NCBI GenBank assembly: GCA_965218095.1
Contig: OZ244587.1
Span: 448,001 to 512,000, forward strand
Direction of reading: 5' to 3'
DNA: 64,000 nt
From: Candidatus Poribacteria bacterium
GTDB lineage: Bacteria > Poribacteria > WGA-4E > PCPOR2b
Below are positions 41,793 to 51,992 of the stretch, piece after piece. Each line of letters begins with the position of its first letter. Position 1 is the stretch's first letter. The position numbers and the translations under genes are program-made. Below the pieces are notes generated by a model. That model saw only the letters and a list, made by a program, of their open reading frames with translations, made no database searches and was not told the origin of the DNA.

Positions 41793-42560
41793 TCAAACGG
41801 TTACATTGCACGTATCAAAAGCCGCTTTCATCGCCGTGAGTGGACGGACTTTCGGAACAAATTCATGTCCAACATAAAGATCATAGTCCGTCTCGGCGAT
41901 GGCACGCATGACAGGCGGATAGTAGATTTCCTGCTCATCGTCGAGGTCTTTGCGTCCCGGATTACCTGCTGTGTGGAAATGACCAATGTAATTGATGTTT
42001 TCCTCGATCGTGCGGATAAGATCGCCTTCCATAATTTGCATGTGATAAATGTCGTAAAGTAGCTTGACACACGGCGAATTTACGCCTTTGCAAACCTCCA
42101 CGCCCCAAGGGGTACGATCGCACTGATAGTCAGGGTGGTTCACTTTGCTGTTGAGCAATTCAATGCAAAGGTTGACGCCTCTCTCCTCGGCGGTCTTAGC
42201 AACGCGCTGGAGTCCCTCAATGGTATTATCGCGCCCCTCCTCATCCGATTTGCCTTCTCGGTTCCCTGAAAAACAGATTAGACCGGGGATGTCGTTAGCG
42301 GCGGCGATTTCGAGATTTTCCAGCAACTCCTGCTCAATCCGGTCGTGATTCTCGCGCTTATTGAGTCCATCGGGCAGAGACTCGTGCCCAACGATGATCG
42401 CAACGCACATCCCCTGCTCACGCACCAAGGGCCAGTATTCTTGGGGGAGCATTTCGACAGATTTATAGCCGATTTTCGTCGCCTCACGGATGACCTGTTC
42501 AGGAGAGGCATCACCGCGAGTAAAGCAACCGAAGCAAATTGATTGATTGATTGAACTCAT
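41793..42560 (-). CDS. Hydroxypyruvate-isomerase-like TIM-barrel protein
   Basis: LICFSGNR, IELLNSKVNHPDYQCD, LLYDIYHMQIMEGD, HFHTAGNPGR, GHEF. Confidence 0.9.
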   Translation of the reverse strand: MSSINQSICFGCFTRGDASPEQVIREATKIGYKSVEMLPQEYWPLVREQGMCVAIIVGHESLPDGLNKRENHDRIEQELLENLEIAAANDIPGLICFSGNREGKSDEEGRDNTIEGLQRVAKTAEERGVNLCIELLNSKVNHPDYQCDRTPWGVEVCKGVNSPCVKLLYDIYHMQIMEGDLIRTIEENINYIGHFHTAGNPGRKDLDDEQEIYYPPVMRAIAETDYDLYVGHEFVPKVRPLTAMKAAFDTCNVTV

Positions 42561-42700
42561 CCTTTCTCCTTCTTCTTGTGTGATGGGTGTTTTTTCTTGA
42601 GATTAATCTGGATATTATGAGGCAGAAAGTGTGTATCTTCTCCACACCCTGTACCCAGAGCTCCAGGCGTGGGAAAACGGGTGAAAGAAGGAGACTGAGC

Positions 42701-43010
42701 ATGCGATTGTCTGTTCCTCACTACCGCCAAGAACAGAAAGCTACTTGCCTTCCTTCCGGTTTTCGCATGGTGCTGTCTTATCTGGGGATTGAGTTCGACG
42801 AACTCTCGCTGAGTCGGCTTCTCAAGACCCACGCTGGTGGAACTCCTGTTGATAGTTTTGCCGCTGTAGAGATACCGGGCATAAGCATCGTTGCTGAACA
42901 TATGAACGTAGATCTTGTTCGGAAGAACCTCCGACAGCAGCAGCCAGTCATAGTTTATATCTACACTGAACCCCTGCCCTACTAGGATACGCCCAGCGCC
43001 CATTTTTTCA
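42701..43010 (+). pseudogene. C39-like cysteine peptidase remnant
   Basis: RBS GGAG; MRLSVPHYRQEQKATCLP..MVLSYLG..PVIVYIYTEPLPY*DTPSAH; TAG where Trp is expected; truncated. Confidence 0.7.
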
Positions 43011-43715
43011 ATCAGGCTCTTTCCCCGCAATCACGATGGTGAACTCTCCGCGCGGCGGCGTTGATTGAAATTTTTCGATAGGTTCACTCACAACGCCGCG
43101 AAAAATCTCCTCAAATTTCTTCGTCAACTCGCGTGCGACGACAACCCGCCGATTGCCGAAAATCTCCAGAACATCCCGCAAGAATGCAATCAGCCGATGG
43201 GGAGATTCGTAGAAAATCAAGGTCCGTGTTTCGTCGGACAAATCTGCAAGCCGGCGTTTCCGCCGCCCCGACTTTGGCGAGAGGTAGCCTTCAAATACGA
43301 AATTGTGCAACGGCAATCCCGCGACCGACGCCGCTGTGATGCAAGCCGAAACACCGGGTATTGGAACGATCGGGATGTCCCCTTCGATGCACCGCACCAC
43401 GAGGCGATATCCTGGATCTGAAATTGTCGGCGTACCCGCATCAGAAACAAGTGCGATGGCCTCCCCCGCCTTTAGCTGCGCAATCAGCTTTTCGCCCTTC
43501 TTGATCTCGTTGCCTTCAAAGTAACTAGTGATCGGCGTATGAATCTCGTAGTGTGCAAGTAGCTGACGTGTATGACGGGTGTCCTCCGCGGCAATGAGAT
43601 CGACTTCCTTGAGTGTCCGTAGCGCCCGCAACGTGATGTCTTCCAAGTTGCCAATTGGCGTGCTCACAATGTAAAGCTCGCCACTTTTTGTGTCGGTATC
43701 GGCAGGTTTTGACAT
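43008..43715 (-). CDS. rsmI: 16S rRNA (cytidine1402-2'-O)-methyltransferase
   Basis: LYIVSTPIGNLEDITLRA, AEDTR, VSDAGTPTISDPG, YESPHR, RELTKKFEE. Confidence 0.96.
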   Translation of the reverse strand: MSKPADTDTKSGELYIVSTPIGNLEDITLRALRTLKEVDLIAAEDTRHTRQLLAHYEIHTPITSYFEGNEIKKGEKLIAQLKAGEAIALVSDAGTPTISDPGYRLVVRCIEGDIPIVPIPGVSACITAASVAGLPLHNFVFEGYLSPKSGRRKRRLADLSDETRTLIFYESPHRLIAFLRDVLEIFGNRRVVVARELTKKFEEIFRGVVSEPIEKFQSTPPRGEFTIVIAGKEPD

Positions 43716-43891
43716 TTTCAGTCCTTATAAATAACGTCTATTCGTTCCGTTCGTAGTTTCTTCGGATAGCCATTCCTTCTCATCTTCCTTCAGACTTTCT
43801 AGGTGTTTATTTTGGGAATCTCATCTCAAATGATAACAAGTTTCTCAGAAAAGATCTACTTAAAAAATGGGTGTACTTTGCTTTCTCTTAC

Positions 43892-43920
43892 TTGACACGT
43901 TTGTGGCAATGTGTTATCTT
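43892..43920 (+). promoter_or_regulatory. Putative sigma70 promoter
   Basis: TTGACA-N17-TATCTT with an extended TG, upstream of the FGE-family gene. Confidence 0.6.
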
Positions 43921-43951
43921 TCCCTTGACAGATAGAAAGGCGGGAAATACG

Positions 43952-44854
43952 TTGGCGGAATTAATAAAACTGAAAACGCCGGGTGAGCAGGGAGGTACAG
44001 ATTGGCGCAAAGCCAGGATCGCACTCGCACAGCGCGATGATCCGGCAGCATTGCAGCAACTGCTCGATCAATACTGGACGTGGCAGTCCGACGAATCATT
44101 GACGGAAGCCGCTCGGCTGCTGTTAGCGACAAATCTGGGCTGGGAGGGGGTGCAAGCCTTCACAACCCCGCCGGTCGGAGAGGTGATTTCGCCTCTTGGA
44201 TACGCGCTTGATCACGCAGATGAAACTGTCCGCGATGCGGCTCGCCAAGTATTGGATACTATGGTTGACATCCCAGCCGGAGAGGTGCTAATCGGCGAGG
44301 AGTTGACCCCGCTGTGGGTGGAAGGATTCCAGATGGCCCGCTATCCGGTTACGAATGCGCAGTACCAGCAGTTTATTCAGGAAACGGAGCATCGGCCGCC
44401 TCAGTTTTGGGAAGAAGGGACATTTCCAGAAAAGAAAGGCGATCACCCTGTCGTGGAGGTGAGTTGTGAAGACGCAGAAGCTTATGCGGAATGGGCAGGT
44501 TGTCGCCTACCTTCTTTCGAGGAGTGGGCGCGAGCAGCCCGTGGCGATGATGGACGTCTATTTCCGTGGGGAGACGAGATCGATAAGCCACGCTGTAACA
44601 CCGTGGAGCTTGGCACCGGCGGCACAACTCCTGTGGGCGCCCTCCCCGATGGGGTCAGCCCCTTCGGTTGTTACGATATGGTCGGCAATGTGTGGGAGTG
44701 GACAAGCACATGGTACGACGAAGCAGAGGAGCACTTTCGCATAGTGCGCGGTGGGGCATGGTACTATAACCACGATTACAGCACCTGCATCAGTTACGAT
44801 TTTTTCAGCAAGGAATACACGGAATTCATCATCGGATTTCGTCTCGTTCGCTAG
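43952..44854 (+). CDS. Formylglycine-generating-enzyme (SUMF1/FGE-sulfatase) family protein with a helical N-terminal domain
   Basis: YPVTNAQY, HPVVEVS, RLPSFEEW..AARG, FPWG, DMVGNVWEW, RGGAW, IGFR. Confidence 0.9.
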   Translation: MAELIKLKTPGEQGGTDWRKARIALAQRDDPAALQQLLDQYWTWQSDESLTEAARLLLATNLGWEGVQAFTTPPVGEVISPLGYALDHADETVRDAARQVLDTMVDIPAGEVLIGEELTPLWVEGFQMARYPVTNAQYQQFIQETEHRPPQFWEEGTFPEKKGDHPVVEVSCEDAEAYAEWAGCRLPSFEEWARAARGDDGRLFPWGDEIDKPRCNTVELGTGGTTPVGALPDGVSPFGCYDMVGNVWEWTSTWYDEAEEHFRIVRGGAWYYNHDYSTCISYDFFSKEYTEFIIGFRLVR

Positions 44855-45328
44855 TTCTCGTCCATTGGTCATAAGCCTTCCTCTTCCTATATTGGCGCGA
44901 CATATTTTCAACAAGTCTAGGCGTTCACGAAAACACTCGAAAGCGGTATGATTTAGGGGTAACGGGCAGACCAATGACAGGCAGAATAAATGGACGAAGT
45001 GCCATAACATACATCAATTCTGAGTTTCTTGATCATCGGAAGGATCCACCCGGATTCGGAATGGAATTTTAGCAACATCTTTCCATTTGTTTCCAAATTT
45101 ATTTGGCATTTTAAATGCCAAATAAAAGGGGGTTTTGCACTAAAAAACGCCTTTATTTCGCCGGTAAATGGCACTATTCGATATAATTCCCTAAAAGTTA
45201 GTCATGTAATTCAGGACACGAAGCGCCATAAAATCGTCAACCGTTGACTGAAACTCGATGAGGATGTAGATATAAACCTCAATTCCATTGGCAGGATCTA
45301 TAATCTTTGATATACTGAAATGGTTTGC

Positions 45329-45362
45329 AGACCTGAACGGGTTTTCAAAACCTGCCAGGTCT
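45329..45362. repeat. REP-like palindrome
   Basis: agacctgaacgggttttcaaaacctgccaggtct. Confidence 0.55.
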
Positions 45363-45432
45363 ATCCTATACGGACTTACGAAATGAACTACTAAGTTGTG
45401 GACTCTGTAATTACTTTGCAAGGAGTGACATC

Positions 45433-46287
45433 ATGGCAGATTTCCCAATTGTGGATACCCACATTCATCTATGGCATCCAGACATTTTGAGATATCCGTG
45501 GCTTGAAGATATCCCCTTTCTGAGCAAACCCTATGTTTTAGATGACTATCGAAAGGCTTGTGGGGCAGTTGATGTCGAAGCGATGGTTTTTGTGCAATGC
45601 GACGCCCAGCCTAAAAACGGCTTGACAGAGGCGGAGTGGGTAACATCTCTGGCGGAAGAAGATCCCAGGATCAAAGGGATTGTGGCATGGGCCCCCCTTG
45701 AGGAAGGAGAGGGCGCGCGATCTCACCTTGAAAAACTGGCTGAAAATCAGTTGGTCAAAGGGATTCGTCGCCTCATTCAATCGGAAAGTCTAGAATTCTG
45801 CGTGCAGCCCAGCTTCATTAGAGGGGTACAGATGCTTGAGGAATTCGGCTTGAACTTCGACATCTGTATTTACCACCCGCACCTTGCCAACACGATTCAG
45901 TTTGTCAAACAGTGTCCGGATGTCCAATTTATACTGGATCATATTGGAAAGCCCAACATCAAGAACCAGGCCTTTGAGCCATGGAAACGCGAGATCAAAA
46001 CCCTGTCAGAATTCCCCAATGTGTTTTGTAAAGTTTCCGGTCTTGTCACTGAAGCCGATTTTGAAAAATGGACGCCGGAAGATCTGAAACCTTACATAGA
46101 CCACGTGATCGGATGTTTTGGTTTTGATCGCGTGATCTATGGCAGCGATTGGCCCGTCGCAGCACAGGCAACCGAATATCCAAGATGGGTCGATACTCTA
46201 AAGTGGGCGGTAAGTGGCTGTTCTGACGACGAGTTGAAAAAATTGTTTCATGACAACGCGATTCACTTTTACAAGCTATCAGTTTGA
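45433..46287 (+). CDS. Amidohydrolase_2 family protein (L-fuconolactonase-like)
   Basis: DTHIHLW, ILDHIGKP, CKVSGL, YGSDWPV. Confidence 0.92.
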   Translation: MADFPIVDTHIHLWHPDILRYPWLEDIPFLSKPYVLDDYRKACGAVDVEAMVFVQCDAQPKNGLTEAEWVTSLAEEDPRIKGIVAWAPLEEGEGARSHLEKLAENQLVKGIRRLIQSESLEFCVQPSFIRGVQMLEEFGLNFDICIYHPHLANTIQFVKQCPDVQFILDHIGKPNIKNQAFEPWKREIKTLSEFPNVFCKVSGLVTEADFEKWTPEDLKPYIDHVIGCFGFDRVIYGSDWPVAAQATEYPRWVDTLKWAVSGCSDDELKKLFHDNAIHFYKLSV

Positions 46288-46315
46288 AATATTACCGATT
46301 CAAGGAGCATAAACC

Positions 46316-47410
46316 ATGGGAACGCCCCATCAATTCCAAGCAAGTTATCTGCACGCGATAACGCGCCAACTGTTTATAGCCGCGGACACACCTCGTCACA
46401 TCGCCGACATCGTGGCGGAAATTCTGGTCAACGCAAACCTTGCCGGACATGACTCGCACGGCGTGATTCGCATTCCTACCTATCTGCAGCGCATCTCAGA
46501 TGGTGAAACTCAGCCTGCCGCTGAACCAGAGTTTATCAACGAAACCACAAACACGGTGCGTGTTGACGGCGGTCACGGTTTTGGGCACTACACCGCTCGA
46601 CGGGCGATGGAACGGGCAATTGAGAAGGCAAAGGAGGCAGACGTCTGCAGCGTGAGCCTCGTCCGTACCGGGCATATCGGCCGGCTCGGGGAGTACGCAG
46701 AGGCGGCAGCGCGTGCGAGGTGTATCGGTATCATCACCGTCGGCGGCGGTGGGAGGAATCTCGGAAGCACTGTGCCTTTCGGCGGTGCGAGCAGAGCACT
46801 TAGCACCAATCCTATCTCTGTTGGCGTTCCAACCGGCGATGACGCCCCGTTTATCATCGATTTCGCTACGAGTATGATTGCCAACGGCAAAATTCTGTTT
46901 GCTCAAAGCAGAGGGGCGGACCTGCCCGAGGGTTGCATCGTGGATAAGCACGGCAACCCGAGCGTCAAAACAGCGGACTTTTACGATGGCGGATCTCTGT
47001 TAGCGTTCGGCGGGCACAAGGGTTACGCACTTTCGCTGCTAACCTGTTTACTTGGCGGGCTGTCTGGAAACTTTGATGTTGAGGGCGGCACGATGCGGGG
47101 AATTTTTATGCAGGTGATGAACGTCAACGCATTCACGCCACTCAAGGCATATCAGCAGGGCGTGCGCGCGTTCTTAGACGGTATTAAGTCAATACCCCCC
47201 GCACCCGGCTTTGACGAAGTGCTGGTTCCCGGCGATTATGAACACCGTTCCCGCGTCCAGCGCCTAACTCACGGCATCGAAGTACCTAATACCACTTACC
47301 AACAGATTCGGGAATGGGCGGAGAAATTGAACGTTTCCTTGAGCGAAGAGATCGTCGAAGCCACCGATGTGGAACGATACCAACCGAGGGGTGAGAGTAC
47401 TGTTAATTGA
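46316..47410 (+). CDS. Ldh_2 family NAD(P)-dependent oxidoreductase
   Basis: GHDSHGV, HIGRLGEY, TNPI, DFATS, GHKGYAL, VLVPG. Confidence 0.93.
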   Translation: MGTPHQFQASYLHAITRQLFIAADTPRHIADIVAEILVNANLAGHDSHGVIRIPTYLQRISDGETQPAAEPEFINETTNTVRVDGGHGFGHYTARRAMERAIEKAKEADVCSVSLVRTGHIGRLGEYAEAAARARCIGIITVGGGGRNLGSTVPFGGASRALSTNPISVGVPTGDDAPFIIDFATSMIANGKILFAQSRGADLPEGCIVDKHGNPSVKTADFYDGGSLLAFGGHKGYALSLLTCLLGGLSGNFDVEGGTMRGIFMQVMNVNAFTPLKAYQQGVRAFLDGIKSIPPAPGFDEVLVPGDYEHRSRVQRLTHGIEVPNTTYQQIREWAEKLNVSLSEEIVEATDVERYQPRGESTVN

Positions 47411-47562
47411 GGAGTGGTCATAATTCGTCAGGGACTTTGGTGACTGGTGGTTGGTGAGTGTCAAGCGGTTTCACCACCCACCTCATCTCCACAAAGCGTG
47501 AAAAACCCAGCCTTGATTTATGACTAGGCTCACCGAATGCAAAGAGAGGAATCATTTGCACG

Positions 47563-48156
47563 ATGCTTAACAACTCACAAATTGCAACATTTGAGGAAGA
47601 AGGTTATCTGGTCATCGAAAACCTTTTTACCGAAGATGACTTCCGTGCGGTGAAGGACGAGTTCAGTGCTGTAGTCGAACAGCAGGCAAGAAAACTCTAC
47701 CAAGCGGGGAGAATCAGCGCCCTGTACGGAGATGAGACGTTGGTTGTGGCGTGCTTGATACCACTCATTGATACCACGCTGGAGAACGGGTGCTTATGGG
47801 TTGCACCGCGTCGGCATAAAGAAGGGGTTCTGACCCATTTCTGGGGCGAGGGTGGGCTGAATATCCCTCTCGAAGATGTCTCAGAGGCAGAGCGGCTGCC
47901 GATGCCGATGAAGGCAGGCAGTATCGTGATGTTCAGCAGCATGCTGCCACACGGTTCGCTGGCCAATCGCACGGATACCATCCGTTGGAGTATGGATCTG
48001 CGCTATCAGGCGATAGGGAAACCGACAGGACGCTGGTACGTTCCCGGCTTCGTTGCCCGCAGTTGTTCACATCTAGAATTGGAGACGCCCAACTGCGAGG
48101 CGTGGGTTGCCGAAGTCGAGCGGGTCGCGCAACACGCGAACAAATATCCCGAATAA
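47563..48156 (+). pseudogene. PhyH-family dioxygenase with an internal in-frame deletion
   Basis: FEEEGYLV start and ENGCLWVAP..PHGSLAN..RWSMDLRY are present, but the central region with the HxD iron motif is missing (junction ..LYGDE|TLVVAC). Confidence 0.75.
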
Positions 48157-48435
48157 CGCCGCTTCCGCTGGCCTCAGACGTCATAAGCACATCGTTATAC
48201 GAATTATTTTGACAATGTTAAATTACCGCGTAAACCCTGATTTCATCAGAGTTTGAAGTCAAACAACCGAACTTGAGAAGCCGCGTCATAACTGGATCTG
48301 CTGTCTAACTTAACATTCGCGAAAGCATTAAGAAGACCTACGATTGCTGAATTGGTAAAACAATCTGAGTCAAGAAGCGTCAAGTGGACGAGGAATTGAT
48401 TAACCGAGGTGCTTTCTCTTGCCGGGAGGTATTTG

Positions 48436-48831
48436 ATGAAAAAGGTGTTTACTTTTCGCATTGGCGATGCCACAATTGGACAATTCAAGGGGATGCTCGA
48501 AGAATCAGGTATCGCTTGTGTCGTCCGAAATGAACTGCTCGTGACGGCAATCGGAGAGATTCCGGTTTCGGAATGCTATCCCGAACTCTGGGTTGTAAAC
48601 GACAACGATTATGCGTCAGCCCAAGCTTCAATTGATGAATGGAAGAAGATGGAAAGCGATGCACACCACTCATGGCCGTGTCCAAACTACGGACAGCATA
48701 TTGAGAAGCAATTTACCGCATGTTGGAAATGTGGGACGGAGGCGTTGCGTTTGACGCCGGATAGTGACGCCGATGATCTGGAAGATCGAATCATTGAGGC
48801 GGTGCGTAATCTGCCAACCCGTTTGCATTGA
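48436..48831 (+). CDS. DUF2007-like protein with a C-terminal zinc ribbon
   Basis: MLEESGIACVVRNE..GEIP..PELWV; WPCPNY..FTACWKCG, with one Cys replaced. Confidence 0.75.
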   Translation: MKKVFTFRIGDATIGQFKGMLEESGIACVVRNELLVTAIGEIPVSECYPELWVVNDNDYASAQASIDEWKKMESDAHHSWPCPNYGQHIEKQFTACWKCGTEALRLTPDSDADDLEDRIIEAVRNLPTRLH

Positions 48832-48967
48832 AAATTAACGTCCGGCGATTTTGCCGTTGATTCGCTCTGTATGGTTGTGGTAGGATACGAAAAAGAGTTA
48901 GGCGACTGTTCAGTGCTATATTGACAATGGCAGGAATAAGATCACCATCAAAGTATTAGGAAAAAAG

Positions 48968-49921
48968 ATGTCCACCAATATCCTACAACACTATGTCCAA
49001 AAGATGAAACACTTGCGGATAGACAGAGCACACAAAGATGCTCCTCACAAACCGCTCCTCCTGTTAGCAATCATCGAACTGATCGAGCAAGGACAGATTC
49101 GCGAAAATAGGATTTACTTCTCCCCAGCCTTGGCAGAGACTGTCATGAAATATTGGGTAGAGGTAACAGATCGGAGATTCAATATTGCCATGCCATTTTT
49201 TCACTTAAAAAGTGATAAATTTTGGCATCTCCATCCAAACCCTAGATATAAAAAAGTATTGGAGGGTGCTCGTCAAATAAGAAGCATTTCTGGTATCCAA
49301 GAAGTTATTGCGTATGCTAGTTTGGATGATGACTTTTTTGTTTTACTCACTGATGCCGATAATCGAGAGATAATCCGTCAAACCCTTATTCGCACCTATT
49401 TCTCAAATTTCCAGCAGGCGATTGAAAGTCTCATTGCAGAAAGACAACAGATTGGAGAGTACGGACAGTTACTAATCCACGAAGTGGAACACCCCTTTTC
49501 ATTTCAGAGACCGACAGCACCAACCTCAAAAGAAGAACCAATTCGTAGTGCAGGTTTCCGTAAAGCAATCATGCGATTATACAAGTACACCTGCGCTATC
49601 TGTCGGTTGTGTATTATTACAACGGATGGAGAAAGTGCGACTGAGGCTGCTCATATCATCCCATTTTGTATTTCGCAGAATGACGATGTACGGAATGGGA
49701 TTTCTCTTTGCAAATTGCACCATTGGGCTTTTGATACAGGGTTAATCTCCCTGAACACGACCTATCGGGTTATTGTTTCACGGCTTATAGTCGAGCAGGG
49801 CCCAATGGAGTGGAGACTAACCAAACTGCGTGGTAAATCCATACTGTTACCCGAACACGATCAACTTTACCCGGCCCAAGATGCGTTGGATTGGCATCGT
49901 GAGAAAATGCTCAGACGGTAA
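48968..49921 (+). CDS. SBD-HNH endonuclease (phosphorothioate-dependent restriction endonuclease type)
   Basis: APHKPLLLLAII and MPFFHLKSDKFWHL (SBD-like); FRKAIMRLYKYTCAIC..EAAHIIP..RNGISLCKLHHWAFDTG (HNH). Confidence 0.88.
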   Translation: MSTNILQHYVQKMKHLRIDRAHKDAPHKPLLLLAIIELIEQGQIRENRIYFSPALAETVMKYWVEVTDRRFNIAMPFFHLKSDKFWHLHPNPRYKKVLEGARQIRSISGIQEVIAYASLDDDFFVLLTDADNREIIRQTLIRTYFSNFQQAIESLIAERQQIGEYGQLLIHEVEHPFSFQRPTAPTSKEEPIRSAGFRKAIMRLYKYTCAICRLCIITTDGESATEAAHIIPFCISQNDDVRNGISLCKLHHWAFDTGLISLNTTYRVIVSRLIVEQGPMEWRLTKLRGKSILLPEHDQLYPAQDALDWHREKMLRR

Positions 49922-49937
49922 CTTAACGTGGTGCCTA

Positions 49938-51992
49938 TTACTCCTCTGAATTTTTTATTTTCCAGAAGTAACGTTTTTCTACATTGGTGCCTCCTTCAAT
50001 CGGGTCATACACCAAATGATACGCATGTGAAACGTGTGGACTTAACATCTCAAAGTTCTGTTTATCGAGTTCCGTATCCGTTGACAATACAACCACCTGA
50101 TGACTGGCGTATGGAAAGTAATGCTCAATCAGGCGGTGTTGATGGTCACTGTCCAAGCGACCGAGTGGTGTATCAATAATCATTGGCAGTGGACGGCCGG
50201 ACGTTTTCGCCAACCCCCACAGCATCGAGATAGCGTAGATCTGCTTTTCGCCTGCCGACAGCTCTTCCTTGGGAATCAATCGGTCTTGCTGGTCATAAAG
50301 GGTGACAGCAAAGGTTTGCGGATCAATCTTGATTCGCTTCACCAGACCGTATTTGCGGCACAGTTGGTTGAAGCAATCCACAACGGCGTCCTTTAACGCT
50401 TCGACTTTCGCATGCGTTAATTGACAGGTATACGCATCCAACACCGATTGGACATCCGCCACCAACTGAGCGCGTCGCAGATCGGCTTGTCTGTCCCGCT
50501 GTGATTCGCTCAATTGGCTCAACCGCCGTTCAACCTCATCGCGACGATACATCAGCGACTGAATATTTGCCGCCTCATCTTGTTCCTGTTTCTGCAATGC
50601 ACCAAACTGTTGATGAAGATTCTTAAGCTCAAGCATTAGTGGTTGTAAAACCTCATCGGACGGTATCCGTCCCAAAGCGGTTTCAACCCGTTGTAACTGG
50701 CGGTTGCTTTCCTCTAACTTCCGATTCAGTTTATGAAATCCCTCTGGAATCTCGGAGAGGCACGAATCAATCCAACTCAGCAACTGTTGAGATTCGGGTG
50801 GCGAAAGAGAGTGAATCCGGTACACATCTTTGAGTGCTTCGGGTGGCTGAAGCTGTTTTGTGAGCAGGTTGGCAATCCTGCTGTGGATGGAATCACGAAG
50901 GGATGGCTTGGGTGGAAGCCCCAGCACCGATTCCCAAAATTCATTCCCTTCTAATTGTGCAAGCAGTTCTCGATTTCTCTCCTTCAGTGCTTTATGTGCT
51001 GAATCCCACGCCTCAATTTCTGCCTCCTTAATCAATCGGGTTCGCAATTGCTCACACAGTGAAGCCGCCAACGCAAACGGAAGTAGCCCGCCGCACGCAT
51101 CCTGAATCTGTTTCTCCAAATCAGATATGCTCTGATTCAATTTCGCCTGCTCTGTTTTCAGCTTTTCACGCTGGCGAGCGTAACCACCTCCCTCTTTTGC
51201 GATCTGTTCCTCTTGATGGGTAATCTGTGTTTCAATCTCGTCAATTTGCGCGTCAAGAACCGCTATCTTCTCAGTCGCACAACTTAATTGCGTTTCAAAG
51301 TCTCGTAGTTCTTTTTCAGCGGAATTGATAGCTTGGGAGAGTTGGTCGGGGTCAGTATCCTTCTTCGACCGATTCAGGTAAATCTTGAGGTCAGAATGTA
51401 GCCGTTCAACGAGGTCAACACCAAGCAAAGATTTAATCGAATCGGCAAGGAAGGTATGGCTAGAGGCATCATCCGCCAACCCTTGAATCTTTTCACCATC
51501 AAAGAAGAATAGCTGAGAGAGTCCAATGGGAATCAATTCATTGAGAAAGTCCTGCCAATGCTCGGCTTCAAAATCAGAGAGCGGTTCGTTGTTCTTGTGG
51601 ATAATCAGCGATTCCTTGACCAGTTCTCTGATGCTTTGACGAATCTCCCATCGTCGCTCTACATAATAGTGGTCTTTTTCCCCACTGTGGACATGTTCAA
51701 ATCCGAGCGCAATAGAGGCCTGTTTCGGCTGAAGTAAAGTCACTTGGCTATGATGAATGGTTGAGGCGAGGTATTCATGATACGCATTCCGACTGATACG
51801 GTTGCCCAATGAGCGGGAGCCGTACAGGCAGAGACGCACGGCTTCGAGTATGGTTGTCTTGCCCGTTCCATTTTTGCCACCAATTAGGATGACAGGACGA
51901 CGTTTGTTGTATTTGATTCGCGGCGTCAGAGAAAATGTCTGCTCGCCACAAAAGAGTCCAAAATCCTTGAGTGTGAGTTGGTGGAAGATCAT
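49938..51992 (-). CDS. dndD: DNA phosphorothioation ATPase DndD (SMC-like)
   Basis: GGKNGTGKTT, LFFFDGEKI, long coiled coil, LSAGEKQIYAISMLWGLA, IIDTPLGRLDSDH, SHQVVVLSTDTE; overlaps the dndC stop. Confidence 0.93.
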   Translation of the reverse strand: MIFHQLTLKDFGLFCGEQTFSLTPRIKYNKRRPVILIGGKNGTGKTTILEAVRLCLYGSRSLGNRISRNAYHEYLASTIHHSQVTLLQPKQASIALGFEHVHSGEKDHYYVERRWEIRQSIRELVKESLIIHKNNEPLSDFEAEHWQDFLNELIPIGLSQLFFFDGEKIQGLADDASSHTFLADSIKSLLGVDLVERLHSDLKIYLNRSKKDTDPDQLSQAINSAEKELRDFETQLSCATEKIAVLDAQIDEIETQITHQEEQIAKEGGGYARQREKLKTEQAKLNQSISDLEKQIQDACGGLLPFALAASLCEQLRTRLIKEAEIEAWDSAHKALKERNRELLAQLEGNEFWESVLGLPPKPSLRDSIHSRIANLLTKQLQPPEALKDVYRIHSLSPPESQQLLSWIDSCLSEIPEGFHKLNRKLEESNRQLQRVETALGRIPSDEVLQPLMLELKNLHQQFGALQKQEQDEAANIQSLMYRRDEVERRLSQLSESQRDRQADLRRAQLVADVQSVLDAYTCQLTHAKVEALKDAVVDCFNQLCRKYGLVKRIKIDPQTFAVTLYDQQDRLIPKEELSAGEKQIYAISMLWGLAKTSGRPLPMIIDTPLGRLDSDHQHRLIEHYFPYASHQVVVLSTDTELDKQNFEMLSPHVSHAYHLVYDPIEGGTNVEKRYFWKIKNSEE

